Shown here: positions 1 to 11,057 of the stretch, piece by piece
Layout: each line of letters begins with the position of its first letter
How positions within the stretch are numbered: position 1 is the stretch's first letter
Assembly: GCA_964016885.1 (NCBI GenBank)
Contig: OZ024766.1
Coordinates: 21,266,001 to 21,330,000 of the forward strand
Length of the DNA stretch: 64,000 bases
Direction: 5' to 3'
Source: Eledone cirrhosa
Lineage: Eukaryota
Notes under the pieces: model-generated
What the model was told of the DNA's origin: nothing
The model's input: only the letters and a program-made list of their open reading frames with translations
Databases searched by the model: none
Translations under genes and position numbers: made by a program

Positions 1-41
1 TATACACATATATATACACACACACATGTATATATATATAT

Positions 42-72
<31 letters not shown>

Positions 73-419
73 CACACATATATACACACACATCTACATG
101 TATATATATATATATACACACACACATATATATACACTACACGCACACACATATATACACACATACACACACACACACATTATATATATACACACTATAT
201 ATACACACATATATACATACATATATGGCTTCGCATTCAAAAGTGTGCTGTGAATGTATTTATTTACGTATAGACGAAAGCTAGACAAGTCTTATAACCA
301 GATGGAGGGATGCTATAGACGGGGTATGTAGATAGATATTTAGGTGGGTAGAGGGGTAGATAAATAGATATTTAGGTAGGCAGGTAGATAGGGGGCTGGT
401 ATAGAGGGGTATCTAAGTA

Positions 420-1262
420 GATATGTTTCTTTATTAGCCACAGAGGCACAAAAGAAGGGGACAAGTACAAAGGGGGAAGTTTACTTACAATAAAAACGTG
501 TAAAACAATATCACATAGGTAGATAGAGGGGTGGTATAGACGGGGTAGGTAGATAGTTAGGCGTGGTATAGACGGGGTAGGTAGATAGTTAGGTAGATAG
601 AGGGCTGGTATAGAGGGGTATCTAAGTAGATATATTTCTTTATTAGCCACAAGGGCACACAAGAAGGGGACAAGTACAATGGGGGGAAGTTTACTTACAA
701 TAAAAAAAGTGTAAAACAATATCACATAGGTAGATAGGTTGATATGGTGTGGTATACACGGGGTAGGTAGATAGAGGGCTGGTATAGAGGGGTATCTAAG
801 TAGATATGTTTCTTTATTAGCCACAAGGGCACAAAAGAAGGGGACAAGTACAATGGGGGGAAGTTTACTTACAATAAAAAAAGTGTAAAACAATATCACA
901 TAGGTAGATAAGTAGATAGAGGGGTGGTATATATGGGGTAGGTAGGTAGATAGATAAAGGGGTGGTATAGAGGGGTATCTAAGTAGATATGTTTCTTTAT
1001 TAGCCACAGGGGCACAAAAGAAGGGGACAAGTACAATGGGGGGAAGTTTACTTACAATAAAAATGTGTAAAACAATATCACATAGGTAGATAAGTAGATA
1101 AGGGGTGGTATACACGGGGTAGGTAGATAGTTAGATAGATAAAGGGGTGGTATAGATGGATAGATAGATATGTTTCTTTATTGGCCACAGGGGCACAAAA
1201 GAAGGGGACAAATACAAAGGGGGAAGTTTACATACAATAAAAACGTGTAAAATGTTATCACA
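420..1262 (-). repeat. ~5 tandem copies (~180-210 bp) of a LINE 3'-UTR/terminus with GATA/GGTA-rich spacers
   Basis: TTTCTTTATTAGCCAC...AAAGAAGGGGACAAGTACAA...AAAACAATATCACA recurs at ~425, 635, 809, 992 and 1173; the same terminus occurs at 1658-1720 and 2809-2880. Confidence 0.75.
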
Positions 1263-1264
1263 AA

Positions 1265-1614
1265 TGCAATTTAAAAATTACTCGATTTTCCCCAATAGGG
1301 GGAGACAGTTCATATGGGTAACATATACCCCCGAAAAAATGTGAAACCCTCATCTCCAGGAGTACGAAGAGTGAGTACCCCTTTCCTCTCTTCCTTTTTT
1401 TCTCAACCTACAGGCCGATATAGAGAGAAGGCCCATTCACTGGGGCCATTCTCGCCACTTTCACCCACCTTTCATAAAACTTGCTGGGGTACAGCACCTC
1501 TCTCTCCATCCTGACTCTTCTTCCAAAGTGGTATTTGAAAAAAAGAATCAGTTGTTGGCCGGAGAGAAAGGTGTCTGACCTCAGCCCTTTCAACCTTGTC
1601 GCCATAGCTATCAC

Positions 1615-1651
<37 letters not shown>

Positions 1652-1760
1652 TATTGATTTCTATTTATTGCCACTAGGGCGCAAAAGAAGGGGACAAATA
1701 CAAGGGGGGAGTTTACACAAAAAGGCGAGTAAAGAAATAACAAATAACAAATATAAAATT
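1265..1760 (-). mobile_element. Rearranged 3' fragment of a non-LTR retrotransposon (ORF2 C-terminus + 3'UTR; L1/Tx1-like assignment tentative)
   Basis: Minus ORF RLKGLRSDTFLSGQQLILFFKYHFGRRVRMEREVL..KFYERWVKVARM then stop; related copies at 3075-3700; (GATA)n tail-like repeat at 1615-1650. Confidence 0.5.
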
Positions 1761-1837
1761 AACAATAAAGTCCTCAATAGGGAGGGGGCGTTTGGGGGGG
1801 TCGCATACACCCCCGAAATATATATATATATATAAAT

Positions 1838-1893
<56 letters not shown>

Positions 1894-1990
1894 GATATTA
1901 ACAAATGGTTGTCTTTTCTCAGAGTATGTCAATAGAATTAGTTTTATAAATAAATATTGACATACTCTGAGAAAAGACAACCTTAACGGT

Positions 1991-2056
1991 TATTTTATCT
2001 GATGAGGACGTACTGATGAAATAGCTCAGTACCTCTGAAATATGTATAATGAAATA
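1991..2056 (+). ncRNA. Minimal type-I hammerhead ribozyme motif
   Basis: Stem I UAUUUUAU/AUGAAAUA; CUGAUGA at 1999-2005; stem II GGA-C-GUACUGA/UCAGUAC-C-UCU; GAAA at 2037-2040; self-complementary AUAUGUAU helix III; AUA cleavage triplet. Confidence 0.7.
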
Positions 2057-2348
2057 AATATGCTTTTATAAATATAGTTTCCCTTTCCATTTGTTAATAT
2101 CGTATGTTTACTCCAAATACTTGTTGAGTGCTTTATATTCAGTTATAAAAATATTTGCTTGTTGTATCCCAACAATTTAAATAGAACTTTTGCATATATA
2201 TATATATGTGCAGAGGTTATATTTAATTTGTTGGGATACAACAAGCTAAAATATTTTTATAACTGATATAAAGCACTCAACAAATTATTAGAGTAAATAT
2301 ACGATATTAACAAATGGAAACTATAAACTATATTTATAAAACCATATT

Positions 2349-2414
2349 TATTTGATTATACATATTTCAAGGGCCACCAAGGCAGATTATGGTGCGCTTT
2401 CATCAGATAAAATA
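2349..2414 (-). ncRNA. Minimal type-I hammerhead ribozyme motif (inverted copy)
   Basis: Near reverse complement of 2545-2610; intact CUGAUGA/GAAA core, one stem I mismatch. Confidence 0.6.
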
Positions 2415-2544
2415 TAATATAGATTAGTTTTATAAATAAATATTGACATACCCTGAAAAAAGACAAGCTTAACGGTTGGAGCTTCCTGGATAGCGAGTTT
2501 TTTCAGGGTATGTCAATATTTATTTATAAAACTAATCTGTATTG

Positions 2545-2610
2545 TATTTTATCTGATGAAAGCGCACCATAATTTGCCTTGGTGGCCCTTGAAATATGTA
2601 TAATGAAATA
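2545..2610 (+). ncRNA. Minimal type-I hammerhead ribozyme motif
   Basis: CUGAUGA at 2553-2559, stem II AAG-C-GCACCA/UGGU(G)GC-C-CUU, GAAA at 2591-2594, 8-bp stem I. Confidence 0.7.
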
Positions 2611-2641
2611 AATATGGTTTTAGAGATATAGTTTCCATTTG

Positions 2642-2717
<76 letters not shown>

Positions 2718-3074
2718 TAATTATAGGGATATATAATAGACCGGATAGTAAAGTTTGTATCAAACTCGTAATTAATTAGGTAAATATTTAGACAGGTTGA
2801 TAAATATATTTCTTTATTAGCCCCAAGGGCGCACAAGAAAAGGGGACAAAACAAAGACACATGCCGGGGATTTTACATACAGTCGTGTAAAAATATATAA
2901 AAGAAACAATTACAACAATCGAAATCCCCAATAGGGGGTAGGGAGGCCCCACAAATGGGTTGTTTAATACCCCGTAGATAGAACAACCCTCAACTTCAGG
3001 AGCGTGTTGTGCAAGTGCCCTTTTGATGAGTTGTAGTGCACCTGAGCACTGTACACAATAATTTCATTATTATA

Positions 3075-3700
3075 GATAAATAGACGAATAGAGAGTTGTG
3101 CAAGTGCTCCCTTCTTCCTTTTGCTCTGCTCTTCAACCTACAGGTTTATATACAGAGAAGGCCCAATCACTCGGGCCATTCTCGCCACATTCACCCACCT
3201 TTCAGTAAATTTACTGGGTCCCAGTGTCTCTGATTCTCCTTCTAAAGTGGTACCTAAAGAAGGGAATGGGTCGTTGTCCAGAGAGAAAGACAAATAGATA
3301 GATAAATAGATAGATAGACGAATAGAGAGTTGAGCAAGTGCCCCTTTCTTCCTTTTGCCCTCTTCTTCAACCTACAGGTTTATATACAGAGAAGGCCCAA
3401 TCACTCGGGCCATTTTCGCCACATTCACCCACCTTTCAGTAAATTTACTGGGTCCCAGTGTCTCTGATTCTCCTTCTAAAGTGGTACCTAAAGAAGGGAA
3501 TGGGTCGTTGTCCAGAGAGAAAGACAAATAGATAGATAAATAGATAGATAGACGAATAGAGAGTTGAGCAAGTGCCCCTTTCTTCCTTTTGCCCTCTTCT
3601 TCAACCTACAGGTTTATATACAGAGAAGGCCCAATCACTTGGGCCATTGTTGCCACAATCACCCACCTTTCAGTAAATTTACTGGGGTACATAGTGCCTC
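3075..3700 (-). repeat. ~2.6 tandem copies of a 240-bp LINE ORF2 3'-end fragment
   Basis: Lines at 3121, 3361 and 3601 repeat with a 240-bp period; homologous to 1370-1570. Confidence 0.8.
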
Positions 3701-4056
3701 TCTCTCTCCACTCTGGTTCTATAGATAGGTAGGTAGATGGTTTTATATAGAGATAGACAGATAAATATAGATAAATATATGGTTATATATATAGAGAGAT
3801 ATATATACAGATAGATAGATAGATAAATATATATATATATATAGATAGATAGATAGATATATGATTGTATAAATAAATAGCAAGATATATAGATAGACCG
3901 GCAGGCCGAAAAATTAATAGATAATAATCTACACACACCTCTTCGTGGTAGCTATAAATATTTGTACTTATATATATATATATATATATACACACATTGT
4001 ATATATACATATACTACATACACACACACACACATATATATATATATACACACACG

Positions 4057-4173
4057 CAGTGTGTCCCTCAAAAATGTATACACACATTGTTTGTATATAC
4101 TTGTACAAGGGAATCATTAGATTGCTGTTGAAATGCGTGTATACATTTTTTTTTGGGGGGGGGGGGGGCCACC

Positions 4174-4176
<3 letters not shown>
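4057..4176. mobile_element. Tc1/mariner-type MITE (~100-120 bp)
   Basis: TIRs CAG(G/T)GTGTCCC..AAAAATGTATACAC / GTGTATACATTTTT..GG(A/C)CACCCTG in a TA/CA microsatellite; other copies at 4955-5061, 9178-9273 and 13098-13199. Confidence 0.65.
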
Positions 4177-4212
<36 letters not shown>

Positions 4213-4233
4213 TACGTTTATATATGTGTGTAT

Positions 4234-4355
4234 ATTTAATATAGAAATGGCTTCTACAGGACTAGAACTGTTTCATTAGAAGGAAATCATCAGGAAAGCC
4301 CTGATGATTTCCTTCAAATGAAACAGTTCTAGTCCTGTAGAAGCCATTTGTATAT

Positions 4356-4361
<6 letters not shown>
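4234..4361. mobile_element. Hairpin (foldback) element with degenerate CTGATGA..GAAAC core
   Basis: ~60-bp arms AAATGGCTTCTACAGGACTAGAACTGTTTCATT..ATCATCAGG and its reverse complement, 5-nt loop; second copy at 33496-33600. Confidence 0.7.
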
Positions 4362-4396
<35 letters not shown>

Positions 4397-4399
<3 letters not shown>

Positions 4400-4830
4400 A
4401 TATTAACAAATGGAAACTATATTTATAAAACCATATTTATTATACATATTTCAAGGACCACCAAGGCAAATTATGGTGCGCTTTCATCAGATAAAATACA
4501 ATACAGATTAGTTTTATAAATAAATATTGACATACGCTGAAAAAACTCGCTATCCAGGAAGCTCCAACCGTTAAGCTTGTCTTTTTTCAGGGTATGTCAA
4601 TATTTATTTATAAAACTAATCTATATTATATTTTATCTGATGAAAGCGCACCATAATCTGCCTTGGTGGCCCTTGAAATATGTATAATCAAATAAATATG
4701 GTTTTATAAATATAGTTTCCATTTGTTAATATCGTTGTATATTTACTCTAATAAACTGTTGAGTGCTTTATATCAGTTATAAAAATATTTTAGCTTGTTG
4801 TATCCCAACAAATTAAATATAACCTCTACA
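4397..4830. mobile_element. Inverted copy of the 2210-2648 palindromic element, with two hammerhead motifs (4434-4498 -, 4629-4694 +)
   Basis: Arms and the central loop (CTCGCTATCCAGGAAGCTCCAACCGTTAAGCTTGTC) are the reverse complement of 2210-2648. Confidence 0.75.
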
Positions 4831-4885
4831 TATATGTTTATATATATATATATATATACTTTACTAACGTATTGAGTACCTTGGG

Positions 4886-4956
<71 letters not shown>

Positions 4957-5098
4957 GGATGTCCCCAAAAAATGTATATACATGCTTTAGCAACATTCTA
5001 ATAAATATTTCCTGTACAGGTAACCAAAATATGTATACATATATATATTCGGGACACCTTGTGTATATAAATATATATACATATATATATATACACAC

Positions 5099-5166
<68 letters not shown>

Positions 5167-5171
<5 letters not shown>

Positions 5172-5189
5172 ATCTATTTATTTAGTAAC

Positions 5190-5247
<58 letters not shown>

Positions 5248-5267
5248 GTTACTAAATAAATAGATTG

Positions 5268-5270
<3 letters not shown>
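5167..5270. repeat. Perfect ~104-bp palindrome: 26-bp arms around a (TA)n core
   Basis: ACACAATCTATTTATTTAGTAACCTG-(TA)n-CAGGTTACTAAATAAATAGATTGTGT. Confidence 0.9.
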
Positions 5271-5304
<34 letters not shown>

Positions 5305-5386
5305 GTGTGTATATATATATATGTATATATATTTAGCGTGGAAGATAGACGTTAAATGATGATGATGTATATATATATACATATAT

Positions 5387-5425
<39 letters not shown>

Positions 5426-5538
5426 CAATTTATATACACACATATATATACATAATTATACATCACGCATATATTTATATATATATATATATGTATACAA
5501 TCTATTTTAGTAATCTGTGTGTATATAAATATATATAT

Positions 5539-5569
<31 letters not shown>

Positions 5570-5632
5570 CCTGTATATAAATATATATGTGTATGTATAT
5601 ATATATGTGTGTGTGTATAAAGTGTATGTATA

Positions 5633-5673
<41 letters not shown>

Positions 5674-5714
5674 ATATATATATATATATATACAATTTAG
5701 GTAAACATAACTGG

Positions 5715-6845
5715 GAAGAGAGAAAGAAGATTCTAAAGCATTAAAAGAAAGAAAAAAACGAAGTATGAAAGAGAGGGTGAGACTAAGAAAGAGAGGAGCA
5801 GGGTGGTAGTAAGAGAGAGAGGGGTATAGAGGGGTATATATATATAGAGAGAGAGAGAGAGAGAAAGAAAAGGGGAGGAGAGTGAAAGTGTAAGATATAA
5901 AAGGAGGGAAAAAAGAGAGAGAGAGAGAGACACATGTAAAGTGAAAGAGAGAGAGAGAGATATAAAGAAGAGGGGGAGGAGAGTGAAAGTATAAAGGATA
6001 GAGAGAGAGAGGGGAAGAGAGATAAAGTAAGAGACGAAAAGAGAGTGTGTAAGAGATAGAGTTAAAGACGTAGAGAGAGTGTGAGAGACAGATAGATAGA
6101 GTAAGAGACATGGAGAGTGTGAGAGAGAGAGAATAAGAGACTCACATACAGAAAGAGAGAGAGATAGATAGACAGATAAGTGTTCACATATTAGGTTCGT
6201 TTCTCTCTCTGTCTTTCTCTTTTACTCTCTTTTCTTACGTATTTTCTTTTCTTTTCTTCATTCAACACAGACAGAGAGAGAGAGAGAGAATGAAAGATAG
6301 AGGAATAGACAGAGAGGGGGAGAGAGACAGAGAAAGATACAGCGAGACAGACAGAGAGAGAGACTGTGTGTGAGAGAGAGAGAAGGAAAGATAGAAGCAC
6401 CGACAAAAACAGAGAGAGAGAGAGAGAGAGAGAGACAAACACAGACAATGTGAGAGAGAAGGAGAGAGGCTCGGATAGAGAGAGAAAGAGACGCAGTCAA
6501 ACACAGAGAGAGAGTAAAAGTGAAAGGCAGATAGATAGATAAATAGAGAAAGAGAAACACAGAGAGAGTGAGAGTGAGAGAGCGAAAGGCAGACAGACAG
6601 AGAGAGAGAGAGAGAGGCACAGACAGACATAGAAGCACACAGAGAAAGAGAGAGCGAAATACAGACTGACAGACAGACAGATAGATAGATAGATAGAGAG
6701 AGAAAAAGAGATAGCGAGAAAGGTAGACAAACAGATAGATATATATAGAGAGAGAGGCACAGAGAGAACAACAGATAGATAGAGAAAAACAGAGAGGAAC
6801 AGAGAGAGAGAGAGTGAGAAAGCGAAAGAGAGGGAGAGGGGGGAA
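5715..6845. repeat. Degenerate (GA)n/(GACA)n/(GATA)n purine-rich microsatellite region
   Basis: Direct inspection. Confidence 0.9.
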
Positions 6846-6987
6846 AGAAACAGTCGCCATTTTCCAGCCCGTAAATCGTGGGGGGGTTACTGTTATTTTT
6901 TGCGTTTTTGGTGGACAAAAAGGCCGTATTTTAAACGGGTAAAGACAGAAAATGGAAGAAGAAAGATCAGATTTACGAAATATTTAC

Positions 6988-7080
6988 CTTTAATGTATTA
7001 GATTGATGTAATTTTTCCGCCGTGTCGAAAGAAGTAGAAGGCAGCTGGCTCTGAGCAGCACGAGAAGTTCTGTCCGCCAT
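6988..7080 (-). CDS. Candidate first coding exon of an unidentified minus-strand gene (MADRTSRAAQSQLPSTSFDTAEKLHQSNTLK)
   Basis: AAAATGGCG start, 31 open codons, AAG|GTAAAT donor (phase 0), in a CpG-containing unique island; no downstream exon recognised in the window. Confidence 0.45.
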
Positions 7081-7159
7081 TTTGCTTTATCTATCTGCTT
7101 CTACTGACTGAGCTCAGGCTCTAAACTCTACTGTATTGGCTGGCTGCTGTTGAGAGTGG

Positions 7160-9175
7160 TATGGCGGTGTGGCGGTGTGGTGGTAGTGTTGTGGTGTGGT
7201 AATAGTGGGGGTGCTGGAGCTGGTGGTGGTGGTGGTGATGGTGTAGTACGGTAGGGTGTATTGCAAGGAGCTGTTTATGGTGGTGGTGGTGGTGGTGGTG
7301 TTGTGGTAGTTTATGGCGGTGGTGTGGTGTGGTGGTGTATTGCAGGGAGCTGTTTTTGGTGGTGGTGTTGTGGTGTGGTGTGGTGTGGTGTGGTGTGGTG
7401 TGGTGTGGTGTGGTGGTGGTGGTGGTGGTATGGTGGTGGTGGTATGGTGGTGGTAGTGTTGTGGTAGGGTTGCTGGTGGTGTGGTGTGGTGTATTGCAGG
7501 GAGCTGTTTTTGGTGGTGGTGTGGTGTGGTAATAGTTGTGGTGGTGGTATGGTGGTGGTGGTGGTATGGTAGTGGTAGGGTTGCTGGTGGTGTGGTGTGG
7601 TGTATTGCAGGGTGGTGTTGTGGTGTGGTAATAGTGGTGGTGGTGGTGGTACGTGTGGTGTGGTGTGGTGTGGTGTATTGCAGGGAGGTGTTTTTGGTGG
7701 CGGTGTTGTGGTGTGGTAATAGTGGTGGTGGTGGTGGTACGCGTGGTGTGGTGTGGTGTATTGCAGGGAGGTGTTTTTGGTGGCGGTGTTGTGGTGTGGT
7801 AATAGTGGTGGTGGTGGTGGTGGTACGCGTGGTGTGGTGTGGTGTATTGCAGGGAGGTGTTTTTGGTGGTGGTGTTGTGGTGTGGTACTAGTGGTGGTGG
7901 TGGTGGTGGTGGTACGTGTGGTGTGGTGTGGTGTGGTGTATTGCAGGGAGGTGTTTTTGGTGGTGGCGGTGTTGTGGTGTGGTAATAGTGGTGGTGGTGG
8001 TGGTGGTACGCGTGGTGTGGTGTGGTGTGGTGTATTGCAGGGAGGTGTTTTTGGTGGTGGTGTTGTGGTGTGGTAATAGTGGTGGTGGTGGTGGTACGTG
8101 TGGTGTGGTGTGGTGTATTGCAGGGAGGTGTTTTTGGTGGCGGTGTTGTGGTGTGGTAATAGTGGTGGTGGTGGTGGTGGTACGTGTGGTATGGTGTGGT
8201 GTATTGCAGGGAGGTGTTTTTGGTGGTGGTGTTGTGGTGTGGTAATAGTGGTGGTGGTGGTGGTGGTACGCGTGGTGTGGTGTGGTGTATTGCAGGGAGG
8301 TGTTTTTGGTGGTGGTGTTGTGGTGTGGTACTAGTGGTGGTGGTGGTGGTGGTGGTACGTGTGGTGTGGTGTGGTGTATTGCAGGGAGGTGTTTTTGGTG
8401 GTGGCGGTGTTGTGGTGTGGTAATAGTGGTGGTGGTGGTGGTGGTACGTGTGGTGTGGTGTGGTGTGGTGTATTGCAGGGAGGTGTTTTTGGTGGTGGTG
8501 TTGTGGTGTGGTAATAGTGGTGGTGGTGGTGGTACGCGTGGTGTGGTGTGGTGTATTGCAGGGAGGTGTTTTTGGTGGTGTTGTGGTGTGGTAATAGTGG
8601 TGGTGGTGGTGGTGGTACGTGTGGTGTGGTGTGGTGTATTGCAGGGAGGTGTTTTTGGTGGTGTTGTGGTGTGGTAATAGTGGTGGTGGTGGTGGTGGTA
8701 CGTGTGGTGTGGTGTGGTGTATTGCAGGGAGGTGTTTTTGGTGGTGGTGGTGTTGTGGTGTGGTAATAGTGGTGGTGGTGGTGGTGGTACGTGTGGTGTG
8801 GTGTGGTGTATTGCAGGGAGGTGTTTTTGGTGGTGGTGGTGTTGTGGTGTATTGCAGGGAGGTGTTTTTGGTGGCGGTGTTGTGGTGTGCTGGTGTGGTG
8901 TGGTGTGGTAATAGTTGTGGTGGTGGTGGTGGTGGTATGGTGGTGGTAGTGTTGTGGTAGGGTTGCTGGTGGTGTGGTGTGGTGTATTGCAGGGAGGTGT
9001 TTTTGGTGGTGGTGTTGTGGTGTGCTGGTGTGGTGTGGTGTGGTAATAGTTGTGGTGGTGGTGGTGGTGGTATGGTGGTGGTAGTGTTGTGGTAGGGTTG
9101 CTGGTGGTGTGGTGTGGTGTGGTGTGGTGTATTGCAGGGTGGTGTTTTTGGTGGCGGTGTGCTGGGGTATGGTAA
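7160..9175. repeat. GT-rich compound minisatellite (~70-80 bp unit of GGT/GGTGT runs + GTATTGCAGGGAGGTGTTTTT)
   Basis: The anchor motif recurs more than 20 times. Confidence 0.9.
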
Positions 9176-9324
9176 TAGTCCCCCAAAAAATGTATACACA
9201 CTTTGATTACCTGTACAGGTATTATTTATTAGAATGGTGTTGAAGTGTGTATACATTTTTGGGGGACACCCTGTGTGTGTGTATATATATATATACATAT
9301 ATATATCAATAGACATATATATAT

Positions 9325-10954
9325 CAAGAAACTCACTCAGATGGTGGATGGGTGCTACACGAGAATGTTGAGGGTGGCTCTGAACATTAATCAGTATACA
9401 CTGAGGATGAAGAACTCAGAGCTGTATGGGAGCATCCCAAGAGTCAGCTCAAAAGTGACACAGAGGAGACTGAGGTTAGCTGGACATGCTCACCGACATC
9501 CAGAGTTGACATTGCACTCAGTGCTCCTTTGGGAGCCCCTACATGGACACACTGGAAGAGGGAGACCGAGGTTAGCTGGACATGCTCACCGACATCCAGA
9601 GTTGACACTGCACTCAGTGCTCCTGTGGGAGCCCCTACATGGACACACTGGAAGATGGAGACTGAGGTTAGCTGGACATGCTCACCGACATCCGGAGTTG
9701 ACATTGCACTCAGTGCTCCTTTGGGAGCCCCTACATGGTCACACTGGAAGAGGGAGACTGAGGTTAGCTGGACATGCTCACCGACATCCGGAGTTGACAT
9801 TGCACTCAGTGCTCCTTTGGGAGCCCCTACATGGACACACTGGAAGAGGGAGACCGAGGTTAGCTGGACATGCTCACCGACATCCAGAGTTGACATTGCA
9901 CTCAGTGCTCCTTTGGGAGCCCCTACATGGACACACTGGAAGAGGGAGACTGAGGTTAGCTGGACATGCTCACCGACATCCAGAGTTGACATTGCACTCA
10001 GTGCTCCTTTGGGAGCCCCTACATGGACACACTGGAAGAGGGAGACTGAGGTTAGCTGGACATGCTCACCGACATCCAGAGTTGACATTGCACTCAGTGC
10101 TCCTTTGGGAGCCCCTACATGGACACACTGGAAGAGGGAGACCGAGGTTAGCTGGACATGCTCACCGACATCCAGAGTTGACATTGCACTCAGTGCTCCT
10201 TTGGGAGCCCCTACATGGACACACTGGAAGAGGGAGACTGAGGTTAGCTGGACATGCTCACCGACATCCAGAGTTGACATTGCACTCAGTGCTCCTTTGG
10301 GAGCCCCTACATGGACACACTGGAAGAGGGAGACTGAGGTTAGCTGGACATGCTCACCGACATCCAGAGTTGACATTGCACTCAGTGCTCCTTTGGGAGC
10401 CCCTACATGGACACACTGGAAGAGGGAGACCGAGGTTAGCTGGACATGCTCACCGACATCCAGAGTTGACATTGCACTCAGTGCTCCTGTGGGAGCCCCT
10501 ACATGGACACACTGGAAGATGGAGACTGAGGTTAGCTGGACATGCTCACCGACATCCAGAGTTGACACTGCACTCAGTGCTCCTGTGGGAGCCCCTACAT
10601 GGACACACTGGAAGAGGGAGACTGAGGTTAGCTGGACATGCTCACCGACATCCAGAGTTGACACTGCACTCAGTGCTCCTGTGGGAGCCCCTACATGGAC
10701 ACACTGGAAGATGGAGACTGAGGTTAGCTGGACATGCTCACCGACATCCGGAGTTGACATTGCACTCAGTGCTCCTTTGGGAGCCCCTACATGGACACAC
10801 TAGAAGAGGAAGACCAAGGTTAACATATGTTGATGCCCTAAGGACAGACACTGGTCTGTTGGAGATGCAGGATATGGCAGCAATAATGAGGGACAGAGAC
10901 CGCTGGAGAGAACTCGTCCATGGATCTCGGGAATTTTACCCGCCTTAGATATAG
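9325..10954 (+). mobile_element. 5'-truncated RTE-like LINE (family A) 3' end containing 14 x 96-bp internal tandem units
   Basis: Encodes [38 protein letters not shown], typical of RTE-like ORF C-termini; TAGA/TA tail; 13-bp TSD ATATATATATCAA at 9315-9327 and 10955-10967. Confidence 0.9.
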
Positions 10955-11057
10955 ATATATATATCAATAATATTAATAAATGGAAATTATCTTTATAAAA
11001 CCATATTTATTTTATTATATATATATATATATATACATATATATAAATAAATTCCGA

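Larger units (their letters stand above)
1893..2648. mobile_element. Palindromic AT-rich element cluster resembling Penelope-like pseudo-LTRs, with hammerhead motifs
   Basis: 1990-2193 is inverted to 2210-2415 around (TA)n; 2300-2460 is inverted to 2497-2648 around a ~36-nt loop; each arm has CTGATGA...GAAA. Confidence 0.7.

Noticed and set aside
7160-9175. Telomeric repeat
   Set aside because: GGT/GGTGT-based; no TTAGGG or TTAGG arrays
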